From contig CM059426.1 of the NCBI GenBank assembly GCA_030390025.1, forward strand, positions 199,144,237-199,208,000: a stretch of 63,764 bases of DNA. Direction: 5' to 3'. Source of the DNA: Squalus acanthias. Taxonomy: Eukaryota. A program made the position numbers and the translations under genes. The notes under the pieces are model-generated. The model did not search any database. It was given only the letters and a program-made list of their open reading frames with translations, and was not told where the DNA came from. Within the stretch, counting starts at the first letter, position 1, and each line of letters opens with the position of its first letter. Positions 48,805 to 62,169 of this stretch are shown piece after piece.

Positions 48805-49877
48805 ATAGAAGATAGGAGCAGGAGTAGGCCATTCGGCCCCTCGAGCCTGCTCCGCCATTCGATGAGATCATGGCTGATCATCCAAACTCAGTACCCTGTA
48901 CCTGCCTTCTCCCCATATCCCTTGATACCTTTAGCTTTAAGAAATATATCTAACTCATTCTTGAATATATTCAATGACTTGGCCTCAACTACCTTCTGCG
49001 GTAGAGAATTCCACAGGTTCACCACTCTCTGGGTGAAGAAATTCTTCCTCATTTCTGTCCTAAATGGCTTACCCCTTATCCTTAGATTATGACCCCTGGT
49101 TCTGGACTCTCCGACCATCGTGAACATTCTTCCTGCATCTAGTTTGTCCAGACCTGTCAGAATTTTATATGTTTCGATGAGGTCCCCTCTCATTCTTCTA
49201 TACTCCAGCGAGTATAAGCCCAATCGACCCAATCTCTCCTCATATGTCATTCCTGCCATCCCAGGTATCAGCCTTGTGAATCTTCGCTGAACTCCTTCCA
49301 TGGCAAGAACATCCTTCCTCAGATAAGGCGACCAAAACTGCACACAGTACTCAAGGTGTGGTCTCACCAAGGCCCCGTACAACTGCAGCAGGACATCCCT
49401 GTTCCTATACTCAACCCCTTTCGCTATGAAGGCCAACATACCATTTGCCTTCTTCACCGCCTGCTGCACCTGCATGCTTACTTTCAGCGACTGGTGCACA
49501 AGGACACCCAGGTCTCGTTGCACTTCCCCTTCTCCCAATCTATTGCCATTCAGATAATAGTCTGCCTTTCTGTTTTTGACACCAAAGTGGATAACCTCGC
49601 ACTTATCCACGTTATATTGCATCTGCCACGCTTCTGCCCACTCACCCAACCTGTCCAAATCATCCTGGAGTTTCTCGGTATCCTCCTCACAGCACACACT
49701 GCCACCCAGCTTTGTGTCATCTGCAAACTTGGAGATATTACATTTAGTTCCCTTATCTAGATCATTAATGTATATTGTGAATAGCTGGGGTCCAAGGACC
49801 GATCCCTGCGGTACCCCACTAGTCACTGCTTGCCACTCGGAAAAAGACCCATTAATTCCTACTCTCTGCTTTCTATC
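48805..49877 (-). mobile_element. 5'-truncated CR1 LINE with intact C-terminal ORF2 part (48888-49880)
   Basis: 330-aa ORF with GVPQGSVLGP, FADD, RPHLEYCVQFW, NLWNSLP through the natural stop. Confidence 0.96.
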
Positions 49878-49880
49878 CAC

Positions 49881-51330
49881 TTACAGCACAGAATCAGGCC
49901 ATTCAGCCCAACAGGCCCATGCTGGTGTTTATGATTCATACGAAACTCCTCCCACTCTTCATTTAACCCCATCAACGTATCCTTCTATTCCTTTCTCCCT
50001 CATGTGTTTATCTAACTTCCCCTTAAATGCATCTATGCTATTCGCCTCAACTACACCTTGTGGTTCCACATTCTCACCACTCTCTGGGTAAAGAGATTTC
50101 TCCTGAATTCCCTGTTGGATTTATTAGAGACTATCTTATATTTATGGCCCCTAGTTCTGTTCTTCCCTGCAAGTGGAAACATCTTCTCTACGTCTACCCT
50201 ATCAAACCCCTTCATAATTTTAAAGAGCTCCATTAGGTCACCCCTCAATCTTTTTTCTAGAGAAAGGAGCCCCAGCCTGTTCAATCTTTCCTGATAGATA
50301 TAACCTCTCAGCTTGGTATCATTCCAGTAAATATTTTTTGCAGTTTCTCCAATGCCTTTACATCCTTTTTATAATATGGAGACCAGAACTGTTTACAGTG
50401 CTCCAGTGTTCTATACAAGTTTAATATAACTTCTCTGCTTTTCAATTTTATCCCTCTAGACATGAACCCCAGTGCTTTATTTGCCTTATTAACCCGTGTT
50501 GCCACTTTTAGTGATTTGTATATCTGTACCCCAATCCCTCTGCTCCTCTACCCCAATTAGGCACTTATTTTCCAAGAGTATGTGGCCTCCTTATTCTCCC
50601 TACCAAAATGTACCACCTCACACTTATCTATATTGAAGTTCATTTGCCAACCATACGCCCATTCTACAAGTTTATTAATGTCTTCTTGTATTTTGTCATA
50701 GTCCTCCTCTCTATTAACTACCCCCCCCCCCCCCCCCCAATTTAGTGTCATCTGCAAATTTTGAAATTGTACTTCCGGTTCCCGAGTCTAAATTGTTTAT
50801 GTAAATGGTGAACAACAGTGGTCCCAGCACCGATCCTTGTGCAACAACACTTCCCACCTCCTGCCAGTCTGAGTAATTACCTTAACCCCTACTCTCTGCT
50901 TTCTTTTTTGTAGCCAGCTCGCTATCCACTCTGCTACTTGTCCCCTGACTCCACATGTTCTGACCTTAGTCATGAGTCTACTATGTGACACCTTATCGAA
51001 GGCCTTTTGAAAATCCAAATATATTACATCCACTACATTACCTTTGTCTACCCTTTCTGTTACTTCTTGTGGAATACTTTACTATTTCTTTTAATATTCC
51101 TTGATTATTTAATTTTTGTAGTTTCTCTTTGCCTTTCTAATTTAAAAAACAATGATTTCCTAACCTTTGCTTCTTCCCTTTTGTCACCCTTTCCTTTGTT
51201 GTCTGTGTAGTTAGTGGATGCCTTTTTCTTTAGTTTCAATTTTGACCTTATTTCTTCATTCATCTATGGTGTGTCATTACTGGCTAGTTTGTTCTTGCTT
51301 TTTAGTGGGATATACTTCTCCTGGATCAGT
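49881..51330 (-). mobile_element. Older CR1 LINE, frameshifted
   Basis: [22 protein letters not shown] (with expanded G run), QFWSPYYKKD, TQRVVRMW fragments on minus strand. Confidence 0.92.
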
Positions 51331-51830
51331 TATATAATAACCTACTATCATGCTAATACATACAGTATCAGCTATGTAATAACCCAGTATCACAAAATAC
51401 ATACAGTATGAGGTATTTAATGACCCAGTATCACACTAATACATACACTATAAGGTGTATAATAACCCCAAATCACATTAATACATACAGTATGAGGTAT
51501 TCAATATCTAATAGTTTTCAATAATAGTTGCTCACTGTGATATATAGCTTGAAACATTTTGAGGATTTTAAAAGCACAATTCCATGGTAAAACCATCTCA
51601 TAAGACATAAGTCGAAGTATCTGCACTGTATACAGTCACCTTGTAAAACACACAGTACAAGGTATTTAATAACCCAAGAACGCACTGGAGCATATACAGT
51701 ATGGTATAATAACCCAGTCATAGAAAAACATGCATATGGGCCATTTAATTAAGCAGAATCTCACTGTACATTCAGAATTGGGTATAACCCAAGATCACAC
51801 TACAATGCAGACAGTATACTAACCAAGCAT
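51328..51830 (+). repeat. Degenerate 42-bp tandem repeat, right part
   Basis: Same AACCCAGTATCACAC..ATACATACAGTATGAGGTAT units as 48505-48790. Confidence 0.82.
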
Positions 51831-53208
51831 CTCATTGTAATAGAAGTGCAGTACAATATCTTCAGAAGACAGTAACTGGCTGTTATGTATCAGTGTCATG
51901 TATTCTGTGTGAGATATCCCATTGTACAACATCACCTTGCGATACCCTCCTACTAGCCGCAATGCTTGTGACCTGCTCTCCCTCGCCGACTCACTCAGTG
52001 CCAGCTGCGAACCCTACCTATTTACAATTTCTAGAATAGAAACGAACATGGTGTCTGTTATCAAGGGATAAGGTAGGAAGCAGTCCATAATCCTGACAAC
52101 ATAGTAACGTGAGCAGTGATAAGTGTTTTAACATATTGCCCAACATAAGATATTAATATATGCCCCTCCAGGGTGATTAAAACTTTGTGCCTGACAGATG
52201 CATTTTCCATCTTACTTAATGCAATGGGTGCACAAATCTTCATGAAGGACTCCCAATTGAATTTTGTTTTTAGTTGATTTGAAAACTGAATGATAGGAAG
52301 ATGTAGACCAACCTCTCAGAGCTACCTTATTACGCTCCCACTATTACTCATACAGCATGTGATGCATGACCAACATTTAAAAGCATGAAGGTTATTTCTG
52401 ACAAGAGCTCTGAAAGAAAATATACAAGATCAGGAAGCAGGTCATTTTTCTTATTTCCTTCCTTCCGATATATTTTTTTCACATTAGAAATCTGGGGGAA
52501 CACGAGGTTTAATGGAATGATAGGCCTGGGCCAGTGGTAGGAGTCAGTACTTACTCATTCTGTTCAACTCCAGGTCCTAGCTGGGGTCAGTTGGGTTAGC
52601 AGAAACAAAGTTGGTTTTTTTTAAAGGCCATTGCCATGATTCACACTTTCAGTTCAGTCTACAAACACAAAAGGCAGTTCACATAAATGTTTTGACCGGG
52701 CCCTGTAAGTCTTCACAGTTTCAAAACTTACGCTGTGTTTTTCGTGTTTCAGAGCTCAGTTCTGCCATGGAATAGCCAATAACCAGCATTTGAAATGATT
52801 TACACCCTCATCAAACATTTCTATAGTTCTGTCACAACAAAAAAAAATATTTCAAATCTGATGCAAACATGTTTCTCATTTTCACTGAATTACATTCCGG
52901 TTCCAAAGTGCAGTACACTGCCCTGAATATTTAGGTGAAGCTCTATTTTTCCAAGCCTTGCACTGCTTTATAACTGGAATTGAATGTGTTTTTGATAACA
53001 TACTGAAGAAACCATATAAGGAAGTAATTTAAAGAGCCATCATCTCATTGTACAGTTTGTACAGATGTTCTGCCCCTGGAATGAGCCGCTCTGAAACCTC
53101 AGGCATTTCACCCTGTTTCCACTGCAGTACACTGTCTGCTGCTGTACAAACCATTCCAAGTTAATTCTGTACAGATTTACCTTCATTTCTATTGAAACTA
53201 AACACAAT

Positions 53209-53760
53209 GGGGCTGATTTTAGTGTCCAATTGCCCATCTACTCTCATTTTCAGGTAGAGATGGAAGGAACTGGACTGCAAAATCTGGCAGAAGTCAGCTC
53301 TGCTGGAAGGCTGCCTAATTTGTAACTTGATCCATTTTCCAGTCAAGCCTGGGTTGGACCTGGTTGAAAGTGAAAAAGAATTTAAAGGCACGCCAAGGAG
53401 GCCAGCAGGCACCGGAGCCAGAATGTGCCCACCTGCCATTATGTCACCAAGTATATCGACATGCCTGACACACCTACCCAGCATGGACTGTGAGAAGCCA
53501 GCTCTGTAGGGTCTGGATCAGCACGGAGTTAGTTGAATATCTGTGCCGTGAGCTGCAAGACAACTGCACCAGATGGACGACATTGCCAGGGACAGTAAAC
53601 GTCATGACTTCCCTCAGCTTCTTCCTTCCTCCTCCTTCTAGGCTAGCATATTGATCATCTGCTGTATCAGCCAACATGCTACCTGCACTTATCAAACAGG
53701 TGACTGATGCATCGGACTGCACGCTCATCTCCTTTTCCCTCTGAACAACAAGGACAGTGT
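53209..53760 (+). pseudogene. Fossil PIF/Harbinger element with transposase remnant
   Basis: GGGGCTGATTTT TIR-like start; translated segments STELVEYLCRELQD, LPGTVNVMTSLSFF, CCISQHAT, IKQVTDA and ISFP are colinear with HARBI1-like transposases. Confidence 0.72.
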
Positions 53761-55473
53761 GACATGTCTGCCCAATGTCACCATACGGCTGCTGAGCACA
53801 GTTGGCTGTAGGAAAAATTAAGTTGCTAACGTTGCAATCAGAAAATTAATCAATATTTTTAATGAATGCATACATTGAGAATAATACCTCTGCAAAATTA
53901 ATCGGGCTGCAGAAATCTCAAGCCTGTCCAACCGAAATTCAGTTGAAGAAAGGGAAATCTGAAATTGCCTCTAAGTGTTAAAGAAAGAACTTGCCTTTAT
54001 ATAGCACCATTCTCAATCTCAGAACGTCCCAAAGCGCTTTACAGCCAATGAAGTACTTATATGGTGTATAATGAGTGGTGCAAACGTAAACCAAATGACC
54101 AAGAATTCACAATCTAGCTAACAAACACTGGATCCTGTCAGATCACAGATTTGATTTGTTCATATCTGTGTCCACAAAAGGTAAATCTGATAGCAAATCA
54201 TATGTGAGTGACTATTAGAAATGTGTTTTTAATGACGTTGGCAGGATAAATGTGTCCCATGTCCCATCAAAAATCATGTGACCTAACACTAGACGAGTTA
54301 AATGCTCATTTTAAAAACAAAACACCTGACGTTTCCAGTTCAATCTGTTTAATTCCTGTTTTGCTTGTTTTATCATTTTGGTTGATTTGCTGTGTTTATC
54401 TTTTTTTCTAGGAGTGCAAGAATTAAATAATTGATTTTTTTGGTCTTTGAATTTTTAATTAAATTTTGGGCCTTTCGGGCTGCCATAGCCCAATGCTGGC
54501 ATGTCAGTCAAGCCACTTCACTTTGTTAAATCATTCTGTACTATATTGATTACAACATGTCATCATTGTAAGAGATAGAAGTATTACAAGTACTAGCAAA
54601 ATCGCTTATAGTAAATGCAGTGAAATATCAAAGGCAGTAACGTGGTAATATCTAGGATATTGTCCAAACAACAGCAAGGCTCTTCCCGGCCCTTGCACAG
54701 CCCCCTCAGTGCTCTGCACCTCCATTACTCGGAATCTGTAGCGATTCTGAAAGAGTCATCAGCATCAGGAAGGAATCCTAACTGTAGACCTCCATTAACA
54801 ACACATGCCAGAAACCAGGAGGGTTTTTGAGGCCAATGTCTCGATCTTCTTGCCTTTTTTTGAGGAGAAAGTAGTTGATGTTATTGCACTGGTAAATGTT
54901 CACTTCCTCTTGTAAGCAATGGCTGTACTGAAAATAGCCTTCTAATTCTGTAGAACTGTTTTTAAAAGTTTAATTCCTCCCTATCATAAATCTAGTTTGT
55001 CTAATAAGGAAAAAATTTAGACTTCTTTTTTGTCTCACAACTGTGGCCAGAGGCTCCCTGTACTTCCTGTCATGTAGGTCACAAATATTGGCTGCCAACA
55101 AGTGAGGTAATTTAAGGTTATGGAAGCCCAGTTGGCTCCTTAGCTCGTTTCCTAAATCTATGATTTCACAGGTTAAAGAAACAACTCAGGGTTTAACTAA
55201 GCAGATAGTATCACTTTTCCAGCAATGAGTTATGAATAACTAATCTGTCTCCTCCTTTTCATATTCAAAACTTCACCCTCCAGAGAGCAAACTTTATGGT
55301 TATGCTCTCAGTAATATTGATGCTTGTGCTGCGGCTTTTTGGCTTTCTTCTCCCCTTATTCCAATCAGATTGGTTTCTCAGATATTCTCGCAAAACTGAA
55401 TTTAATCTGTTCCTTTCCCAGAGTATTTGTAGGCCAATACTATGTATGCCACCTTTCCAATTTCAAACATTTG

Positions 55474-57219
55474 GGGCTGAATTTTGCCGGCGCTCAGAGT
55501 GCAGGTTTGGAGGCGGGTCCGCTGTCAAAATCAAAATGATTGACAGCGGGTTGCGAACCCGCCTCCATGTAAGTTTCCAGAGTGTCGGGTCTGTGATTTC
55601 AGAACAGACCCGACACCAAGTGGCGGGAGAGGCATTTAAGATACTTAACAGCTTGTTAAGTGCTTATTTACTACTATTTTGCCAGCCTTTTTCTATTTTA
55701 CCACATTTTTAACGGGATTCACGTCGTTCGGAGATCACGTCAGGTAAGTAGGTCGGGTTCTCTGTGTCTCCCCATTGTTGTGAATAGGTGACAGCTGCAA
55801 AAGTGGTATGAAAGCTACCATTTCACAGCTGGTCACTTGCCAATGTCAGAAGCTTGAGCCTTCACAACTTGGAAGACACTTTTGAGCTGTATGCAGTTTG
55901 GAAGTGTTTGCAGTAAATTCTCTATCCACTGTCACCTCCTTGGAGCAAGCTCTCTCACCATTGACAGATAATTTCTGTCATCTCAACTTCAGCTGCCATC
56001 TATTCCAGCAACATCGGTGCCCTTGAAAAAATCTCACCTTGGTCCTCTGAATCCCTCCACAATCAGCCCCAACACCAACATCACCAGGCACACCAACATC
56101 ACCAACAACAATACCAACCTTCTCTGCAATCACCTGATGCTGCACAGGACACAGGGCATCAGCACCCGACAACATCGCTGCCCGGGGGGCCAGCGATGGC
56201 ATCACCATGGCCAGATTTACTTCACTTGATGCTGTAAACCCTGGCTGCCACATGATGCATCAGGTTAACACCACCCCACACCATCACCATAAAGCATTCC
56301 TACAATGCCCCAGCCATTCATTTCACACTCATCACCATTGCGGGGGTTACCGTTATGTCTCACTGCAACTCACTAAGCCACTTCCAAAGGTGAGCATAGA
56401 TCTGTACAATAAGGCAAAGTGTTGAAAATAAAGATTTCAATGTTTGACAACACATTAACAGAAAATTTACATTAACATTGCATAAAACACCCACGTGCCT
56501 ACCCTTGGTTGTTGTTAGTTGGTATGATTGCACTCGGAGGAGGGTGAGTGTGAGGGATGACTAGTGAGATGGGGAAGTGATAATGTAGATAGAGAGGGAT
56601 GGGTGGAGGTGCAAGTTAAGTTGGTGTGAGTAAGGATGTGAAGGAGAAGGGTGTGGAAGGCAGAGTTATGGGGATGTGATGAGTGGCACAGCAGGATGAG
56701 GTTGAGTGTGGCTTTGCAGTAACGTTTCGTGATCTACTGAGATTATTGAAAGGTTTGCGCCACTGCAGCCAGGTACTCCTGACAACATCCCTGCTTGTGC
56801 CCTCCTGTGCAATGTGCAACCAAGCTGTGTTGGTGTCCTGGGGAGGTCTCTTCCGCCCTTGGAAGAGGACCTCCCTGCATGCTGTGATTCCCTCCATAAG
56901 CGAGAGCCTGGGTGCAGCCATGCACCTTTGTGCAGTCATTGTCAGTGTTTGCAGCACCTCAATGCTGTAGAACACTGACAGCACAAATGCCAAAGTAACT
57001 GCAGCCATGGTCCCTTTAAGGAAACCGGCTGATGACGCGTCATCAAATGATGTCATCAGACCCGCTTCCTTTTAATTGGCGGGGAACCTCGCAGGGCAGG
57101 CTTAACAAGCCCTATTAATGGAAAATCATTTGTACAGAGCGGCTGCAGCGGGAACGGGACCGGAACCCGCCAACCACCTCTCCCACCGCGATCCCGCCTC
57201 CGCTGGCAAAATCGCGACC
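55474..57219 (+). mobile_element. 1.75-kb internally deleted PIF/Harbinger transposon
   Basis: TIRs GGGCTGAATTTTGCCGGCG / CGCTGGCAAAATCGCGACC; TSD TTG; Myb/SANT remnant on minus strand. Confidence 0.9.
56720..56940 (-). pseudogene. Harbinger Myb/SANT-like (trihelix) DNA-binding protein remnant
   Basis: AAPRLS..EGITACREVLFQGRKRP....TAWLHIAQEGTSRDVVRSTWLQWRKPFNNL fits the MSANTD/NAIF1-type pattern (R.F....L....R...LF.......AW..IA........R...Q.RK..N.L). Confidence 0.82.
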
Positions 57220-57220
57220 T

Positions 57221-57978
57221 TGGAGTGGGTCCTCAAATATTGGAGTGGATCCTCAAATATTGGAGTGGATCTTCAAATACTGGAGTGGATCTTCAAATAT
57301 TGGAGTGGATCTTCAAATACTGGAGTGGATCTTCAAATATTGGAGTGGGTCCTCAAATATTGGAGTGGGTCCTCAAATATTGGAGTGGTTCTTCAAATAT
57401 TGGAGTGGATCTTCAAATACTGGAGTGGATCTTCAAATATTGGAGTGGATCCTCAAATATTGGAGTAGATCTTCAAATATTGGAGTGGGTCCTCAAATAT
57501 TGGAGTGGATCTTCAAATATTGGAGTGGATCTTCAAATACTGGAGTGGATCTTCAAATATTGGAGTGGGTCCTCAAATATTGGAGTGGATCTTCAAATAT
57601 TGGAGTGGATCTTCAAATACTGGAGTGGATCTTCAAATATTGGAGTGGATCTTCAAATATTGGAGTGGATCTTCAAATACTGGAGTGGATCTTCAAATAT
57701 TGGAGTGGGTCCTCAAATATTGGAGTGGATCTTCAAATATTGGAGTGGATCTTCAAATATTGGAGTGGATCTTCAAATACTGGAGTGGATCTTCAAATAT
57801 TGGTGTGGATCTTCAAATATTGGTGTGGATCCTCAAATATTGGAGTGGATCCTCAAATACTGGAGTGGATCCTCAAATATTGGTGTGGATCCTCAAATAT
57901 TGGTGTGGATCTTCAAATATTGGAGTGGATCCTCAAATACTGGAGTGGATCCTCAAATACTGGAGTGGATCTTCAAAT
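57221..57978 (+). repeat. 20-bp minisatellite, ~38 copies
   Basis: Unit TGG(A/T)GTGG(A/G)TC(T/C)TCAAATA(T/C), no indels. Confidence 0.99.
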
Positions 57979-59970
57979 TGTGCTTTATTCCTCCAGTGGA
58001 CCTAAGGAAAATAGCAACAGTCTAAATAATATAAATTGAAGACAGCATCCGAATAGGATCAAAAAACAAATTGTCATTTGAGTTTGCAACTGTTAATATT
58101 GCACCTATATACATAAGAAATAAATATATTAGCCATAATTAAAGGAATGGTCTAAGCTTTTTAATGGGGTTGTTTAAAAAAAAAATTCTAAAATATTTGA
58201 TCTGTACAAACCTTCCTGCTAACTTCTCCCATTATTGACATCTTTAGATGTCTGCACGCACCTCTCACCATTTCAGGTTAAAAGGCCTAATTTCTGCCTG
58301 TGCTGAATTTAGAGATACAGTAAACAGCTCTAGCACAGACCTTGACTTGTTTTCATATGAAGTAAGGCTACGAGCTTGCTTAGTGGGAAAGAGCCTTGTT
58401 CCTTACTGGTCTTGTCCCCAACTCACAGCAGCAAATGCAGTCAACTGCTCCTAATTGGGAGTTGCTTATTTTGAATTCAAACTTTACTAAGAAGCTTCCT
58501 ATGCCATTTTACTGCAATTGCTTCATTTGAATGATTAGATTATTTGAATTATTTGGAGAAAAATTACTTTGAATTAGGAGCAGACCGCATCCGAAAGTTT
58601 TTAAAAATCCTTTAATAATGAATGGGATTCAACGTCACGTTATATTTTACAGGATTGAATAATAAAAATAAAGTCATGAGAAACAGAATACACAAAGACA
58701 CTGAACTGACCTGCCTGAGGAGGCTGTTAGCTGAGTGCCAAAGGATATTGCTTTAAATGAAGTACCATGCTCTCTCTACTGAAATCTCCAGTAAACTCAA
58801 CTGAACGTACTGCCTGTCGCAGGCAATATCAACTCAGCAAACCTCTGGCAACCAACATTTACTTTAAGATGGATAATGTCCATACAGTGGACAACAAATC
58901 TGCATTTTAACAGGCAACTGAATCAAAGCCGCCAGAGTCTGTTGAAAACCAATACAAGTTCTTATACCCCAGACGCCCAGGTGTCCCTGGTGCAGTCTCA
59001 GTTTCATTGAATCACTCTGGTCTTTCAGCTTAGCTGAATCTTGAATCTTCTTGTAGACAATTAACCCAGACAATTAATCTGAGAGGTTACTAACGTGTGC
59101 AACTTCTTATCCCCTGGTGGACCTTTCAGCATCAGTGTTGATTGTGTGCCCTGACTGTGCTACCTGCACTTGATTAAGCAAGAGTGCTTCTTCATCGCAG
59201 AATCTGGTGAAGCCAAAACACATAACCGGCCAGTGTAAACACATTGCTAATTGCAGTGGAAGGCAGGCTGATAATGTACGGTGCAATCAAACTCTTACAA
59301 ACCAGCTAATGCAGCAGCTGCCACTCCCGGGGACATTACCCTGTCTGAACTGGATGTTACTTATGGATTTTGTGTATATTATAGATCGACAGAGACAGAC
59401 AGGTGGATAAATAGAAGGAAAGACACAGCATCACAGACATGGAATTAAGGAGCAGCATTTCCATTTAAAGATATTACTAGATCGTTTTATATTATTCAAG
59501 CAACAATTCAGGCAAAGCTTCCAGCAACTCAGAATTTGTAAAATTGCCAAAATGAAATGAATTTTCAACTTGGCTTCAATAAGTAGATTTGTAGAGTTGT
59601 AGATGTCAAACCCTTATGGAGGTCATGCTGGCAATAACAAAGACAGCAGTTACTGCAGATCAGGATCTCACGTTCCTGCTGACAGAGTCCCAATCAGAAG
59701 CTATTTGCCATCATTCAACTCTCCTGCCCTTTCTATATTATGTGTACTCACAAGTGGAAATAAATGTGATGCAATGGAGTCACGAGATAATTATAGATGG
59801 GGAACGACATTCGGCCCATCTTAATTCATCCATCCAGAGAGATCCTAAAGTCCCCCATTGTAGTATCCAATTGTTTCTTAAATGATTCCAGGGTTTTTGC
59901 CTCCACTGTTTGATCTGGCAATTTCCTCCTCATGTTAATTTCCTGATATCTGTCCTAAAATTGTCTTCTG

Positions 59971-60845
59971 TAGAATCATCGAATCATAGAATGGTTACAG
60001 CACAGAAGGAGGCCATTCAGCCCGTCGAGCCCCTGCCAGCTCTCTGCAAGAGCTCTTCAGCTAGTCCCACTCCCCCGCCCTTTCCCCATAGCCCTGCAAA
60101 TGTTTTTCCTTCAGGTACTTATCCAATTCCCATTTGAAAGCCACGATTGAATCTGCCTCCACCACCCTTTCAGGCAGTGCATTCCAGATCCTAACCACTC
60201 ACTGAGTAAAAAAGTTTTTCCTCATGTCGCCTTTGGTTCTTCTGCCAATCACCTTGAATCTGTGTCCTCTGGTTCTTGACCCTTCCACCAATGGGAACAG
60301 TTTCTCTCTATCTACTCTGTCTAGACCCTTCATGATTTTGAACACCTCTATCAAATCTCCTCTCAACCTTCTCTACTCTAAGAAGAACAACCCCAGCTTC
60401 TCCAGTCTATCAATGTAACTGAAGTCCCTCATCCCTGGAACCATTCTTGTAAATCTTTTCTGCACCCTCTCTAAGGCCTTCACATCCTTCTTAAAGTGCA
60501 GTGTCCAGAATTGGACACAATACTCCAGTTGAGGCCGAACCAGTGTTTTCTAAAGGTTCATCGTAACTTCCTTGTTTTTGTACTCTATCTATTTATGAAG
60601 CCCAGGATCCCGTATGCTTTTTTAACCGCTTTCCCAACCTGCCCTGTCACCTTCAATGACATGTGCACATATACTCCCAGGTCTCTCTGTTCATGCACGC
60701 CCTTCAGAATTGGATCTTTAGTTTATATTGCCTCTCCTCGTTCTTCCTACCAAAATGTATCACTTTGCACTTTTCTGCGTTAAATTTCATCTGCCATGTG
60801 TCCGCCCATTCCACCAGCCTGTCTATGTCTTCTTAAAGTCTATAT
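59971..60845 (-). mobile_element. CR1 3' region nested in an older CR1
   Basis: (TAGAATCA)n tail on + strand; minus strand RPQLEYCVQFW, RGDLIEVFKIM, FFTQ.VVRIWNALP. Confidence 0.92.
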
Positions 60846-61320
60846 CCCTCTAGTTTGAGCCTGAGTCCCCTTGTTCTGCTCCTGTAGTTTAATTCAAAGT
60901 GAACTTTCACTGTACGCTTAACCATCTATATCCCTCTATCAGATCACCTCTCAGACGCCTTCCTTCCAGCTTAAGAAGCCCAAGTTTCTGCAGTATTTCC
61001 TCGTAACTCAGACCCTTGACTCTGGGAATCAGCCTCGTGGCTCTTTCTCTGCACTGCCTCAAGAGCTTGAATGTCTCTCTCATTTCTTTGCGACCAGAAC
61101 TGGACAGTGTTCAAGGTGCAGTCTGACTAGACCACTATAAAGTTTTGGCTATGTAGTTCAACATTCTATCGTCTTTGTTGATTGTTGCTTTGCGTTGGTT
61201 GGATACATTTGGCGTCGAGTCTAATACGACACCATTTATGCAGTACAAATGTTGTCTTGGTTTCTTCCTATGTGCAGCACTTTACATTTGTCTGCATTAA
61301 ATTTCATCTGCTGTTCTTCC
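60846..61320 (-). mobile_element. Older CR1 fragment (its tail lies at ~59785-59970)
   Basis: Reverse complement resembles 43030-43580 (AGGCGTCTGAGAGG.GAT, GGGTCTGAGTTA.GAGGAAA). Confidence 0.8.
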
Positions 61321-61509
61321 TACTTACGCACCTTGGTTTCAGCAAGGAGACAACAGATTACTACATTTCTTCAAATTTGAGCTTTTTATTCGTCAAGCGT
61401 CTTCACATCATTACTAACACCAGAAGGAACAGCGAAGACTGAGACAATCCTAGCAAAAATATAAGCAGAGTGTACAAGCTTCATCCAACTGCACAAGATT
61501 GTCTGAAAT

Positions 61510-61665
61510 GCCTTGGAATCTCCTCGGACCTACTCCCACTCCGCCACTGTACCATCACTGTAGGTCCAGCAGAAGTCTCCGTTACACGCGCAAACAGAGT
61601 GTCCACCACACTTCCAGCGAAGTTACAGCGGCAGAGTGGGAGCAGGTCCGAGAAAATTCCAGGCC
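61510..61665. mobile_element. 156-bp Harbinger-type MITE
   Basis: ~36-bp imperfect TIRs GCCTTGGAATCTCCTCGGACCTACTCCCACTCCGCC / GGCAGAGTGGGAGCAGGTCCGAGAAAATTCCAGGCC; TSD AAT. Confidence 0.85.
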
Positions 61666-62169
61666 AATGACTTGAAGCAATTAATTGAAATCAAAATGAA
61701 GTTCAAATAGCAAACCATCATTGTCACGCTGTTCCACTGAAACAAGTTTAAGTTATCAAAGGAAAGGATCACTATAACCTTTAACAAGTTGAAACATCTA
61801 TCTCAGAGTCCTTGATCTGTGGTTAAGTTTGCATTACAATTTCTTCTTCCATGCTGTCTTTCAGGACAGTAAAAGTACTTAAAAAAAAACCTCTGGGCAT
61901 GATTGTAACTTTTGCAAACACCAATTACTATCTTTAAAGTCTCTATACATTTAAATAGATCTGTATACTTCAGTCAATAGTTGCACTTTGCTGTTTTAAC
62001 AAGTCTCTCAAAATGGTGTCTATCACCAGGTGCACGGGAGGTGTGCCTTAAGTTGGCAGTTTGTATAGTATCTGTTTTTTGTCTCCACAGATGAGTCGCC
62101 TCTTCCAGCTCCACTCCATCCATTGCAGAGGACACTGAGGACAGAGACTGCCAGTGAAGAGGAATCATT

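Noticed and set aside
57118-58039. Long repetitive ORFs, or a CRISPR-like array
   Set aside because: Head-to-tail 20-bp units with no unique spacers and no cas genes; ORFs arise because the unit is nearly stop-free.
58700-59400. Possible decayed Penelope GIY-YIG or host exon
   Set aside because: Could not recover convincing motifs or splice-bounded open frames by eye.
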